Translations under genes and position numbers: made by a program
Notes under the pieces: generated by a model
Told to the model about the DNA's origin: nothing
Databases searched by the model: none
The model's input: the letters and a program-made list of their open reading frames with translations, nothing else
Shown: piece by piece, positions 1-13,600 of the stretch
Layout: every line of letters starts with the position of its first letter
How positions within the stretch are numbered: the first letter of the stretch is position 1
Source: Camelus dromedarius
Lineage: Eukaryota
Assembly (NCBI RefSeq): GCF_036321535.1
Contig: NC_087436.1
Span: 43,960,001 to 44,024,000 of the forward strand
Direction: 5' to 3'
Length of the DNA: 64,000 nucleotides

Positions 1-1489
1 CAGCAATGTTATTTTCACAAATCTAAACTTTACCTTATCCATTTTATTTATTGTTAAAAGACATAAATAATATTAAGTGGGTATTAAGAACTTAAGACAA
101 GTTGTTCTTGAGTCCTTTATAAAATTTCCCTTAATTTCCAGTTTGGGAGCTGAACCCAGACTAATTTATTTAGGGCCCTGTGGTAGACTGTGTTCCATTT
201 TTTCTCTCAACTATAATTAATGAGTTAATTGTGTGGTTTTGTGTAAAGTCTGTCTTTCCCACTATGATATACACTCCAACAGGGCAGGGAATGTGTCTGT
301 TCTGTTCTGTGCTATAGCCTGGAATATTCAGCACCTGGAATAATTCCAGAACATAGGAGGTACTCAAAAATATCTGTTGTTGTCAAATGTTTATAAAAGA
401 AGATATCAGCTAAATCTGGGCAACCTCTCTTGGTTGAGTAATCCTATGCATTGCTTACTGCAATGTAATAAGCTAGGAAATACTTCTTTTCATTTCAAGA
501 ATATCCCTAATGTTCAAAGAAGACAAGGTGCCTTTTACTGTCTCTGTAAACTATTACATTCTCTGCCTACGTTGTTGAAGCGACAAGAAACAACATGCTT
601 ACTTTTAATTCATCCTATAATCTTTTCCTTTCAAACGGATGTAAAATTAACTCTTGGTGTCAATCCTCACCAATCTTAATAGACGTTTCACAAATTTTTT
701 ACCTTATTGCTTTACAAGATCACTATCAGATTTTTATGGAAATTCTGCAACAATGTTTATGTCCTAGCCCCTAGCTCAAAAGAGTCAGTTAATTAGAATG
801 TCAGTCCCGACAAATGTTTTCCTCATTCACGTCAAGGTTTTAACTGCCTTTCTGCAATTTAGGAGCCTGTAAATTTGTTCTTCTTTCTAGAGCCTCTCTG
901 CTGCCCTCTTCTGGTGCCACATAACAGCACGGGCATGTGAGATTACTTTTAACTATATTTTTACTTATTAGTGAAAACAAATGTGGCACTCTACAGAACA
1001 GAAGACTCAGTAATGATATAAGAAAATGGAAAACTTTTTCTAAACACTAAAATAGTGACACATATTTACCTGACTAATAATCTTCTGTTAACTCCATTTC
1101 AGTAAAAATCCATTACTCTTTTTGAATTTCACTATAGAAAACAATCATTAATCTATTGTCTCAAAACCTATGATGTTTTAACATAACAACAATAAAAATT
1201 ACATTTATACTATCTACGGAGAAAGAGTTTGTTAACCAAATTAATAGTGTAAATAGCATTGCAGGGCATGTTTAAACTGCTCGAGAGAAAAATCTATTAA
1301 ACTGTTAGAGTATTTTAGAATGTGAAAGAAATACTGATAATTCAAAAGAGCATTATCTATTTATAGAATGCTCTATAGGTCCTTAAATTGCAAATAATGC
1401 AGTGGTTCTGAACATATATGACCTGAAGCCTTTGTTCATGCCGTTCTCTCGACTCCTATCTTATTCTCACTACACATCCTACAGTCGAC

Positions 1490-2080
1490 AAAGTCTGCCA
1501 GCTTCTCTTCATAAACATGGTCTCTGCTCTCTCATTGTCTCCTGTTGCAGCCTGTACAGGGTCCTCTCCACCTCCAGTTAGGACCGTTAGCCTCTACACT
1601 GGTTTTTCTGCTACCTGTCTCTTTCCCTGTTCCCATAGTCTGCCCTTCATGCACTGCCAAATAGCTTCTTAAAAGCAGAACTAACTGTGTCACTTCTCTA
1701 CTTTAAAATGTCTGTCGGCTTGCTGTTGCCTGTAGGATGAAGTCCAAGCATCTGAACTTAGCATGGAGGGTCCAACCTGCCATCCCCAGCTGTACCGGCA
1801 ATGCAACACAGTTTCTGCCCTGGAGCACTTGCCCTTGGTATCCTGGAATAGGGTCCCCAGCTCTTTGTTTTTGACTGTGGCAGAGCTTGGCATGAGGCTC
1901 TGTCATACATCAGTTACTTTACTATCTCCCAAGAGACTATGACTCCTGAGGGTGGCCAGTGTCTCACAGGTTGTCTTTCAAATCTCCAGCACACTGCTGG
2001 AGCTAGCAGTGTGACTAACACACAGGAAAAGCTCAGTGCACCTCTGTGAATGAATGAATGAATGAATGAATGAATGAATG
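1490..2080 (+). mobile_element. L2 LINE 3' fragments ending in a (TGAA)n tail
   Basis: L2-like 3' sequence with (TGAA)8 at 2047-2080. Confidence 0.7.
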
Positions 2081-2244
2081 CTGCTCGCCTCATCTTTAAT
2101 GAAATCCTGAGTTTTCAAGTGTTAGATTATAATGCCACTTCTCTAAAGTCTTTCTTAACTCTTATCTGGCAGAACTAATTGTTACCATTAGCTGTATAAC
2201 TCCTGTCTCCTCTGCTGGGTCATAAGAACTGAAAGGCAACCTGG

Positions 2245-2400
2245 GAGAGTGAAAAGAACATGAGATGTGGAGGCAGACAACCCTGAGCTTGTATCCCAGC
2301 CCTACCGCTTAATCTCCGTGTCACCTCTGACAGGTAGCTCAGCCCTTCTGCAATGAATGTTATTTTCCTCATCTCTAAATGGGGCTACCCTACTTCCCCA
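2245..2400 (+). mobile_element. MIR SINE
   Basis: Core-like ttttcctcatctctaaatggggct preceded by a tRNA-like head. Confidence 0.6.
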
Positions 2401-2954
2401 TATGTTTAATATAAATATTTAAAAATAAAGCTCATGATTCATACTAGACTGTAATCAAATTTTAGCATTTATCCCTTTCTCTGAGGGTGAAGGCCCTATC
2501 TAATTCATATCTAGATTCCAGGGCTTCAAAATCTACAGCAACTCAGTAATGTTTGTTAAGTAAGTAAATGAATTGAAAAGAGTCATCAAAAGTAGTATAA
2601 GTATATAATTTAACAATCTTTTAAACTAATGCAATTGGTTATCATTCCTTCATACTCACTTAATATAAATATTTCACCTTAATACTCTGACATGTCTTGA
2701 ATCATTTTTAGTATTTAAAGTATACAGAGGTCACATAATTTGAGGTATAAATATTTTCTAATCTTTTAGTTATACTTACATTTATATATTTTCCTTTATG
2801 TAGTCACTGTAAAATATGAAGTGTTTGAATAAAAAGAACTAATGTTTATTTTTAATAGGATACCTATATTACAATGTTAAGAAAAAGCAGAATATAAAAT
2901 TGTTTATACAGAGTGATAGCAATTATATAAAAAAGTCACTGAAGACCAATGATT

Positions 2955-4639
2955 TTTTTTTCCAGAAATAGCAAAAATCCACACTGAAATCTTAAGGGAC
3001 CCTAAATAATCAAAATGATCCTTAAAAAACAATGTTGGAGGTTTTACCTTTCTTGATTTCAAAACTTACTACAAAGCTCCAGTAATCAAAACACTGTGGT
3101 ATTGGCATAATGACAGACATATAGACCAATGGAATAGAAATGAGAGCCCAGAAATAAATCCTCACACATACAGCCAAATGATTTTCAACAAGGGTGCTAA
3201 GACCATTCAGTGGGGAAAGGACAATCTTTTCAATAAAAGGTTCTCAGAAAACTGAATATCCTGTGCAAAAGAATAAAGGTATACCCAACCTTACACCATA
3301 AACAAAAACTAACTCAAAAACATAAGAGCTAAAACTATAAAACTCTTAAAAGAAAACATAGGAGGAAATCTTCATGAAATTGGATTTTGCAATGATTTCT
3401 TGGCTATGATCCCAAAGGCACAGGCAACAAAACAACTTAGACTACATCAAAATTAAAATCTTCTGTGCATCAAAGGACATAAACAGAGTGAAAAGGAAAC
3501 TTATGGAATGAGAAAGATATCTGCAAATCATATAGCTGATAAGGAGTTACAATCCAGAATATGTAAAGAATTCCTACCACCAAACAACAAAAACACAAAC
3601 AACCCAATCCGAAAAATAGTCAAAACACTGGAACATTCCTTCAAAGAAGATATACAAGTGACCAATAAGCATATGTAAAGATACTCAACATCACTAATCA
3701 TTAAGGGGATGAAAATCAAATCAGAATGAGATACCACCTCACATTTATTAGGATGGCTACTATGAAAAAAAAAAAAGGAACAGAAAAAGTGTTGACCAGG
3801 ATGTGTAGAAATTGGAACCTTAGTACACTCTTGGTGGGAATATAAAATGGTGCAGCTGCTATGAGAAACAGTATAGTGGTTCCTCAAAAAATTAAAAATA
3901 GAATAATCATATGATCCAGCAATTTCATTTCTGAGTACAAAACCTAAAGTAACTGAAACAGGGACTTGAAGAGATATCTGTACACCATGTTCATAACAGC
4001 AATATTTTCTTCTTTTTGTGTGTGTGTCTATTATTTGTGAATAACTTTTTTTTCATTTTTTGTTGAAGTATAGTTCCTTTACAATGTTTCAGGTATATAG
4101 CAAAGTGATTCAGTTATATGTATATATAAATCTATTCTTTTTCAAATTATTTTCTTAGGCTTTTAAAGTTTTTTTTTTTAATTGAAGTAAAGTTGATTTA
4201 CAATGTTATATTACTTTCAGGTGCACAGCAAAGTAATTTAATTATACATATACATATATATATTCTTTTCCAGATTCTTTTTCCATTATAGGTTATTACA
4301 AGGTATGTACTATAGTTCCCTATGCCATACAGTAGGTCCTTGTTATTTATCTATTTTATGTATACTAGTATATAGATGTTAATCCCAAACTCCTAATTTA
4401 TCCTTCACCGTCCTTTCCTCTTTGGTAACCATAAGTTTGTTTTCTGTCTGTGAGACTATTTCTGTTTTGTAAATAAGTTCATTTGTATCATTTTGTTCAA
4501 TTCCACATGTATAGTGATATTGTATGATATTTCTCTTTTTCTGTCTGACTTACTTCACTTAGTATGATAATCTCTAGTTTCACCCATGTTGCTGCAAATG
4601 GCATTATTTCATTCTTTTTATGGCTGAGTAGTATTCCAT

Positions 4640-4704
<65 letters not shown>

Positions 4705-5395
4705 ACCACAATTTCTTTATCCATTCACCTGTCAATGGACACTTAGGTTGTTTCTATGTCTTGGCTATTGTAAATAGGGCTGCAAGAACACTGGGGTGCA
4801 TGTTTCATTTCAAGTTTTCTCCAGACATATGCCCAGGAGTGGGATTTCTAGATCATATGGCAACTCTATTTTTAGTTTTTTTAAGGAATCTCCATACTGT
4901 TCTCCATAGTGACTGCAGACAGCACTATTTTCAATAGCCAAAAAAGGTGGAAACAACCTATGTGTCCATCAACAGATAAGTGCATAAGTGCATAAACAAA
5001 ACGTAGTATATACATACAACAGAATATTATTCAGCCTTAAAAAGAGAATGTTGGCAACTGCTACAACATGGATTAACTTTGAGGAGATTATACTAAGTGA
5101 AATAAGCCAATCACAAAAGGACAAATATTGCATGATTCTACTCACATGAGGTACCAAGAGTTGTCAAATTCACAGAGACAGAAAGTGGAATGGTGATTGC
5201 TGGGATGGGGAGAGGGGAGAATGATAAGTGACTGTTTAAAGGTACACAATTGCCGTTTTGCATGATGAAAAGAATTCCATGGATGGACGGGAGTGATGGT
5301 AGTACAACAATGCGAATGTAAATTAACACCACTAAACTGTACACTTAAAAATAGTTACAGAAGTAAATTTTATGTTATTTGATCACAATTTAAGA
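2955..5395 (+). mobile_element. Older L1 (ORF2 end plus 3' UTR), split by a younger insertion at 4010-4918
   Basis: Typical ORF2 DNA (gacagacatatagaccaatggaatag; gagataccacctcac); sequence resumes collinearly after 4932. Confidence 0.92.
4010..4918 (-). mobile_element. Younger L1 3' end(s) with a 14-bp TSD
   Basis: ACAGCA(A/C)TATTTTC at 3996-4009 and 4919-4932; ORF 4497..4724 carries L1 C-terminal IMPFAATW; contains a (TA)n(CA)n(TA)n microsatellite at about 4640-4696. Confidence 0.9.
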
Positions 5396-5568
5396 AAATA
5401 ACTTAAAAATATTCAGAAGGAAATACACCAAAATATTAAGACTCTTTGCCTCTAAGTAATATTTTTTGATTATTTTCCCCTTCTTTTTGTATTTTCTACG
5501 ACAACTATGTATAGCTACATCACTAGTAAAAAAAGAGTTGAACTGAAACGTTTCATATGAAAACTCAC

Positions 5569-5620
5569 CTCAAATCTGTGTTTATTAGACTTCAATCCAT
5601 TTCTGATTTAGAAGAACTTT
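5569..5620 (-). other. ALPK1: ALPK1 non-coding exon 2 (52 nt)
   Basis: Minus strand tttttcttacctag|AAAGTTCTTCTAAATCAGAAATGGATTGAAGTCTAATAAACACAGATTTGAG|gtgagt; strong acceptor and donor; resembles recalled human ALPK1 5' UTR. Confidence 0.8.
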
Positions 5621-6379
5621 CTAGGTAAGAAAAAAACAACAACAAAAAGTTAAACACAGAAGTCCTTGTTATAATAAAAGTATAAACAGAGTAAGAAATA
5701 ATCTCTACTCCTTATTTCCTGCATTATGTCACGGGCATTGTTGCATGCTTGCCACCTGAAACATCCAGATAAAAGAGGAACTCACGTTCCTGTGTCCACA
5801 ATGAGAGTGAAGTTACAATTGGTCATCACTGATCTTCACTTTCGATACACAAGGAGGAGGAATATCACGTCAGGGAAGACCAGATCCTGTCCAAAGTGCC
5901 TGATGGGGTACAAATCTCTTTTGGTCTTTTCCCCCCATTCCCTTAGAAGAGGGGGTTTCAAATCTCTCCTTAGACTTTTGAAACAGTTCAAGCATGAAGG
6001 AGAGAAACCTCACTATTGGTCTAAACTATTAGGGGTGGTACTATCTGATAATTTTGTTATGCGGGAAATAAAAAGCTTTTGCTGAAAAACCCTTCTGGAT
6101 GATATTTTGTCTCTTGAAGTTTTGAAACTTTCATTCACTGACTTAAAAAAAAAATTATGTATTTCTTTCGTGGCTTGCCAGAGAGAAGGAATCCCCCTAG
6201 TTATTTACACAAAAAATTTGCTAAGAGGGTTTGCAATAACCACCACTACTTTTTTATATGTTAAAAATGGGAGTACACTACATTTTATAGTGCTGTACAT
6301 CTTTCAACCAGCCTGAAAAATCTCTCCAGGGTCATCTTATGCTCCTATCATCTCTGAATCACCAGTTCTGGATAAGCAG

Positions 6380-8050
6380 TCTCCTGTCCTTTATTGCCAC
6401 TTTGGACTTTACTTTCTCCTCCCTTGTTCAATCTGTACACTCCTCCTCCCAGCTTTGACTCTCATGTTGTCACCCACCGCCCTTCATTGTTGCTGTCAAC
6501 TGCCAACTCTGAAGGCATTTAATTTCTGGATCATTGCTACTCTTTCCAAAACATTTCTATTCTTGGAGATTTCAATTATATAATGATTAAGGGGCTCTGA
6601 GTTCCTTGAAATCTTTTCTTCAAAGATCTTGTCCTTCACCCACCCTTAGGCATTCATTCTAAAGGTCATTCAGCATAGACTTTGTTATTACCAAAAACAA
6701 CTACTCTTCCATACTTTCAAGTTTATGTATCCCACTCTCTGCTACTGCCATCCATCTTGTCCCTTTTGAGTCTCCCAAATCCAACAATCCTAAACTTCCA
6801 CTGGGATTTCTAATCCACTGACCCTACCACCTTCCCATGGACCCTCAACCCCTTGCAGTCCTCTCTCTTCTCTTTATCCATCTTAATTTCCATGGTCAAC
6901 CATGATAATCATCACCAGCGTACACTTTTGACTTCATTTTTAATATTTGCACGTCAAAATCACAACTCTAGTTAAATCCAACTTTAACACAACTAAGCAA
7001 TGCTGGTGGGGAGGGACATAACCGCGCCACCTGTTCTTACTTTAAATTTCTGACTCTGAACCTCAACCATTAATGCTGCCGGGCAATCGCACTGCACTCC
7101 TGGGGTCCATTCACCTTCCAATCTCTTAGGTGCCTATTCACACTTTCTCTCCTCTCCTCCTCTACCCTCACTCTCAGCAAACAGAGGAGGACTTCGATGG
7201 ACTCTCACCCTCCTCTACCAATCTAACAGCAGCTGCACCCCATACTCTGCCTTCCCACCTGCTGTCAGATGAATCACCCATTCTTTTATCTAAAACCAAT
7301 CACCCCACACACAATAATTTCAACTCCTCTCTCTACTCAAGCACACTGATGCCGCTTTTCTCTCTCTCTCTGTTTCTTACATCCTTAAGCTTTTGCTCTT
7401 CACTTGCTTGTGCCTATCAGGGTACAAACAAGCCATAATTTCCTCCATCTTAGAAGAAAAGTCTCTTGTCAGTAGCTATTGCCCTTTGCAACAAAATTCC
7501 TTGAAAGACTTGTCCCTACTAGAGCGTTCAACCTGTCTTTTCCCATTCTCTCTTAAATGCACTCCACTCAGACTTCTGTTCCATCACTCCACTGAAATCG
7601 CCCTGGTCTCCGTCACTGATAAGCTCCACATACATAAATCCAATGGTCAGCTCTCACTCCTCATCTTAGCTGAGCTGCCAATAGCATGTGACACAGACCC
7701 TTCCTCCTCTAACACCCTCTAGGACACCATGCTTTTATGGTTTTCCTTCCAACTCACTGATGACTCCTCAACCTTTTTGGTTGGCTCTCTTCTTCTCCTA
7801 GGCACCATCATGTAGGAACATGCAATGGCTCAGTCTCTGCCCCCCCCCCTTCTCCATCTAAACCCACTCCTTGGTGATTTCATTCAGTCCACGGTTTTAT
7901 TGGTTGACAATCGTCTAATTTCTATCTCCAGTCCAAACCTCTCTCTTGAACTTTTCATAAGTATATTTTCAACTGTTTATTTGATGTCTGTACTTGGATA
8001 TCCAATAAGCATCACATTCTCAACATGTCCATATTGAACTTTTGATCTGC
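6380..8050 (+). mobile_element. Long degraded L2 body
   Basis: C/T-rich L2 motifs (ccatcactccactgaaatcgccctgg; aaatccaatggtcag; tctatctccagtccaaacctctct). Confidence 0.8.
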
Positions 8051-9269
8051 CTCAGTTAATGACTCCACCTTCCCAGGAATGTGAAATGAAAGGCCAGCTC
8101 TTAGATGAGCTGTGCATTTAGAAGAGGCTGAGTGGCAGCAGATGGGGTAACCTGAAGGGGCATATCATTTGGGGAAACTTTGGCCAGGGGAACTCCTCAT
8201 GTCCACTCAGCCTCTAACTTTGTACCTGTGCAGTTGCACTTAAAAGCTTTTCCTCTAAGGTGACTTGGGGGAATTATTATGTTGAGACACTGTGGAACTT
8301 CTGAAATCTATCTGTTGCACAATAAGCAATGCTTTTCTGTTCTTTCACTCTGACTTCCTTTTTCATTCACAGCGGCTACTGGTTTGCAAGTGAGAGGCAT
8401 TACCAGCTTACTGGATGCTTCCCCGTAGGCTCGATCAAGAAGTATTTAAATCATAAAAGCCTTGAAGATTGTGCCATAGTTATTTATCTCTGATATATTT
8501 TTCTAAGAATTTAGATTTTTTAAACATTTTATTATTACGAGAGAAAACAGTGTGATTGTAGAATATATGGAGGAAAAATATGGTAAAAAAGAAAATAAGA
8601 ATTACCCATGGTCCCACTAAAAAATAAGCACCATATTTTGATATCATTGTTTCTGCACAGTTACAATATTTACAAGGAATTTACTAAAAGTGTATAATTT
8701 TTAAAACATACTAAGTTAATACCTAAGTATTCTTTGACTATAACTGAGCAGCCTGATTCTTGCCTCTCAATTGCGATGCCCACATATATTCAGAAGTGAT
8801 TTAACAAAACATTGTGACACTGTTCATATTTTGGTGGCGCTTCCTTTCACTCAGTCCTGTGGCTAACTTAGGCATGGTTTCTGCGTGTGTTATCTTCTGG
8901 TTTTCTTCCAGCCTTGCTTTAGAACTAGACATCCTCACCACTCTGCCGGCCCCACATTCCACCTGACACAGTGACTGGTCCCAATGGCCAACTCCTCATC
9001 AGTGAATGTTAACCTTTATTAAACCTCTTCTAGAGAAAGGTCTCTCCTGTCACGTGTAGGGCAGGCATGGTGCAGTTAATAGCAGAATGGAAAAGACTGG
9101 AGTAAGGCTGGAACCTTGTCTGGAGTTACGTGTTCAAGTCAGGTAGGCACGCTGAAGGACAGACACAGCTGTAGGTACTGAGGAAAGTCTGGCAGGTACG
9201 TCATCCAACTCAAAGTGTTAGGCAGTGAGATAGAAATGAGCACCGGGCAGGAGGAGAGGAAGGGGGAAG

Positions 9270-9826
9270 AAGCAACCCAGAAAATAACAGCACACCTGCA
9301 CTCAAGATAAGGGGCTCCAAAAATGTTTACTTTCTCTAAATGAGGCCAGCTAAGAAGCCGGCTAGGATCCAATGCTGCAGCTGCACAATAAAGAGGAGGA
9401 CCCGGCTTAACTTGACCCAATGCTCATTATAATGTAATTAACATTGCAGTTTGAGCCCCTCCCGTGGGTTTCTCTGTGTGCATCATGGGTAAGAACATGC
9501 CTAAAAGAGATGGGCGTGCCTGAGCACAAGGAACCTGAGCTGTCAGTCAGCATGAGCACTCAAAGAACCTGAGCCGTGAATCAATCACACACACACAAAA
9601 GCCCCCTAAGCCAGGATATAAAAACAGGAAAAACAAAGGAGCGGCATCATTTTTCCTCTCTTGGGTTGGCCCGCTCCCAATTCTCGGGAGTGTACTATAT
9701 TTTATTATCTTTTTACTTTATTAATAAAATCTTGTTTATATCATGTTTTCTGTCTCTCATTAAAAATTCATTTTTGGGGGGTGACTAAGAACTGAGGTAA
9801 CTCTTATTCCCCTCCTCCAGGTAATA
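9270..9826 (+). mobile_element. ERV LTR (probably solo; 5' boundary uncertain)
   Basis: Repeated gaacctgagc units, TATA-like gatataaaa about 9615, AATAAA 9723-9728, ends ggtaata; no clear TSD. Confidence 0.65.
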
Positions 9827-10065
9827 AAAGGAGATGAGAAGAGATGATTGGCATAGCTCTAGTAAATGGTTGGAATTAGAGGTGGAGGATGTGTATTGCA
9901 TGAGGTAGAGAAACAGAGTCATGGTAATAGCTTAGCAAAGCGGTGGACATAATTTATTGCCATTTATTAAGCAAATACTATTAATGGTAGTACCTGACTC
10001 ACAAAACTGTACTGAGTATTAAATAAGATAATGTAAAAAAACCTTGTAGCAAGAAGACTGACATA

Positions 10066-11125
10066 CAGTAGTCTCCCCTTATCTACGGGAGATAGGTTCT
10101 AAGACACTCCAGTGGATGCCTGAAACCGTGGATAGTAGTCATGAAATAAAATTTATATTTTAAGGCAGGACAAGAAAATTTAAGCATAAAATTCTCTCTC
10201 TTTGCCCCTTTGGGCCTTGTCCCTCCCCCATTAATGTGCAATTTTTATATGCACTGCACACTAACCAGACCCCTCAAAGGTGGGAACGCCTGCTAGACTG
10301 CAAAGATCTTTTTTTTGACCTTTCTTCTGACACTAACAAGGATTTCTTAACTTGATTGCCAACTGAATTTTTGTCGATAGTACCAAACCCTATATACACC
10401 CTACATACATACCTATGATAAAGTTTAATTTATATTAGACACAGTAAGAGATTAACAACAACTCACAATAAAATAGAACAATTATAACAATATACTGTAC
10501 TAAAAGTTACCTGAATATGATCTTTCTCTGTCTCGGTCTCTCTCAAATATCTTACTGTACAAATTAAACACCTTTCTATTTTAACACACACTTAGCAGCC
10601 ATTGTGGCCAAAACATTAGCAGTGTGAGGTGCAACAGCAAAACTAGCATGAATTTCATTTTCCCTCATCATAAATTCACAAATAGAGGATTCGTTCTTAC
10701 CGTAGATCTTAACAAACTCAGCATACAATATTTTTCCTTCCTTACTAAGTCAAGAACTTTCACCACCTTACGTAAAGGAAGCACTTTACAGCTTCTCTTT
10801 GGCATATCCGAATTGCCAACATCACTCCTCTGGCTCTTTGGGGCCATTATTAAGTAAAATAAGGGTGACCTGAAGGCAGCGCTGCGATCTGATGAACAAA
10901 GATGGCTGCTAAGTGACTAATGGGCGGGAGGGCGGAGCTGGACAGAGACCGGTCTCCTCTCCAGGGACAAAGCCAGAACGCGCGAGATTTCATCACAGCT
11001 ACTCAGAAGGGCGCATGATTTAAAACCTAGGAATTGTTTATTTCTGGAATTTTTCATGTAATATTTCCAGATAGAGGGTAACTAAAACCATGGGAAGCAA
11101 AACCATAGGTAAGGGAGGACTAGCA
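10066..11125. mobile_element. MER44/Tigger7-type DNA element inserted at TA within a MIR
   Basis: Termini cagtagtctccccttatc...gtaagggaggactagca flanked by TA; MIR 3' sequence on both sides; internal 238-bp insertion. Confidence 0.8.
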
Positions 11126-12329
11126 TACAGACTATGCTCAATAAATAAGCATTAATGAATAATAAATACTTAAGTTGTTATTATTAACTATATTTAGCAT
11201 TGGTGAACAGTTTGAGAGTGTCATATATGGTGGGTAGGAGAGACCTGCTTCCTTGGCTTCTTAGATCTTTAAATACTGCCTGTTCATGAGTTCCCTGAAC
11301 TCTCATCTATCCACTTCTGTTGGATCCCGATCACACAGTAAGGCTCTTGCTCCCAGGTGCCTGCTCTTTGCATTGATCACGCCCTAGGAGATGCTGGCTC
11401 CGTCACAAACCAGTTGTGTGCATTTAGGCAGATCACCTCTCCGTGCTAGACCTCAATTTCCTCAGCTCTAAAATTAGGGGGGTTTACTAAGGCGTCTAAA
11501 GTCCCTTCCAAATTTATGATTCTGTAATGCTGTCAAAATTTAGCACTCTGTCAAAATTTCGCAGCAAGTAGCTGAAGCCCAGTGCCAGCCTACGCAGCCT
11601 CCACTGAGCTTAATAACAGCTAGTGTTGCTGTTCCTAGGCACTGTCACAGGGCCTGGGTATCAGCTCATTTGATTCTCATAACAGCAGTAAGACATAATT
11701 AAAAGTTATGCTCACGTCAGCTATGAGAAAATTGAGGCCTACAGTGATTAGGTGACTTGGTTGTGGTTGTACAGCCAAGAAGGGACAAAGCTGATTCTAA
11801 AGAGGCAGTCAGTTCATCAGATCAAGATCATCCCGTACTGGAGGGTCTCATTCACACTTGATAAAGGTAGCCCAGACAGATGTTATTCTGAACAGACAGT
11901 AAAATCTTAAAAAGCCCAAAAAACCTACTAGTGCAAAAGCACAAACTTGGCCATGCTATGGACAAACTGCTTTAAAATGTGAGCCTATTGATACAGAATA
12001 TAGGGTACTCCTTTGGGAAATCTTTAAGAATATTTAAGCAGAACAAGAATTCAGGATATGTGGTTTTATCAAATAATACCAAGTCAGAAGAGGCGTCTGA
12101 CCGGGTCCAAAATGTCTCAAATGTTACAACCTTCTACTGTCACTAGTTGTGTAGATATCACTACATGCATGTGAATAAAACAGATGTTTTATTCTTCAAG
12201 TGTTGAGTTGATGGATCTGTTTTTTTATTTACTACTTGGGAAAAATTATTTCCTTTGTGAGCTAGAGTGCTTTAGGTAATGATAAGTCTCACTTAAAGAA
12301 AAGAAATAGGGCAGCAGAGTAGGGATCCA

Positions 12330-13600
12330 TGAAATTTTATTTATTTAGCAAACCTGCATTGGGCACCTATAATGTGTTATACATTTGGGCTAGGTACTTG
12401 GAATTCAAAGTTAAAGATGAGGTCTTTGTCCTCAAAAAAGAGTTAACTATGGATAGAGACAAAAAGAAGAAGGAGAAGAAGAAGGAGAAGAAGAAGAAAG
12501 CATTACAATTTACTGCAGTAAGTTCGGAAGTTCGGGGGTAGAGAAATGCTCTGGGTTCTAAGAAATGCCTAATTCAACAGGAGAAAGTGACCATCTGCTT
12601 TGAGAGAGAGCTGTGATGTCATTCAAATTTCCCAGAGGAAGTGATGCTTGAATTGGATCTTTCAAAAAAAGTAGCTCACAAAAGAAGGAAATGGTCTTCT
12701 GGGAAGGAGAAGCAGGACTGGTGATACAGAGTACAGCAGGTCAAGTTTGGTTCAGAATGAGTGGCGGAGTGTTACTGCAGTTTAGAGTCATCTGGAATAT
12801 TAAAGCAGGATGAAAAGTGGGGCTGGAGAAGTATGCAGATGGCAGATCATGAGGGCTATTGACATACAAGCCCCTGACAGACATGAGCCAATACAAACTG
12901 CTCAAACACCACCCTGCAGGCAGACTAGAGGCTGAGGACTTGAGGAGATCAGGATATGGTGCAAAATGTCGAGGGCCTGAAGCAAGAATAGACAGATACG
13001 GGTGGTTTCCAGAGATAGTTAGGGAATGGAATCAACATGACTTCAAAATTGATTAGATATTCTTGGTAAAGAAGTAAGGAGTCTAGAGTGGCTCCTAAGT
13101 GTTTAGCTTGAGCAGCTGGATGAATTTAGTGACAGATGTCAACATAAAAATAATGATGGAGGCGGTAAATGATGAGTCCAATGTGGAAAATGTTTCGTGT
13201 GAGATGCCTGTAGGATGCAGGAGAGAGATGTTTGGTAGTAGATAGATGTTTACATCTGGATACAAGAGTTGGGAACTCGGGGAGAGGAAAGACCCGGCCT
13301 TCAGTATCCTGGTGTGTATTGGTGTAGTGGAGAGACATACTTCACCCAAGGTGAACACACGGTGAGAGAAAGGAGGCAGAGAGCAGAACGCAGTGCATGA
13401 AGTGGGCAGAGAAACAGAAAAAGGGAAGCGCAGCCAGAGATGTCAGAGAAAAGTCAGAAGTGCGTGGTGATAACGAAAATCAAAGCAGCGAATTTAGAGG
13501 AGTCAACAGTGCCAACACTGCAAAGAGAAAGAAAAAGATGAAGTCTAAAAAGTGGCCTTTGGATTTGGACAAGGTGATGAGAGGTCATTTTACTTAATGG
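12330..13600 (-). mobile_element. L2 fragments, with a (GAA/GGA)n tract at about 12463-12500
   Basis: Purine-rich antisense L2 motifs (ttatttagcaaacctgcattgggcacctataatgtg; ggagtctagagtggctcctaagtgttt). Confidence 0.7.

Noticed and set aside
377..679. 100-aa ORF as a possible ALPK1 coding exon
   Set aside because: Wrong strand and no resemblance to ALPK1; the coding exons should lie beyond the left edge.
5726..6316. Plus-strand ORFs of 119 and 69 aa near ALPK1 exon 2
   Set aside because: No recognisable homology or splice context; antisense in an intron; lengths compatible with chance.
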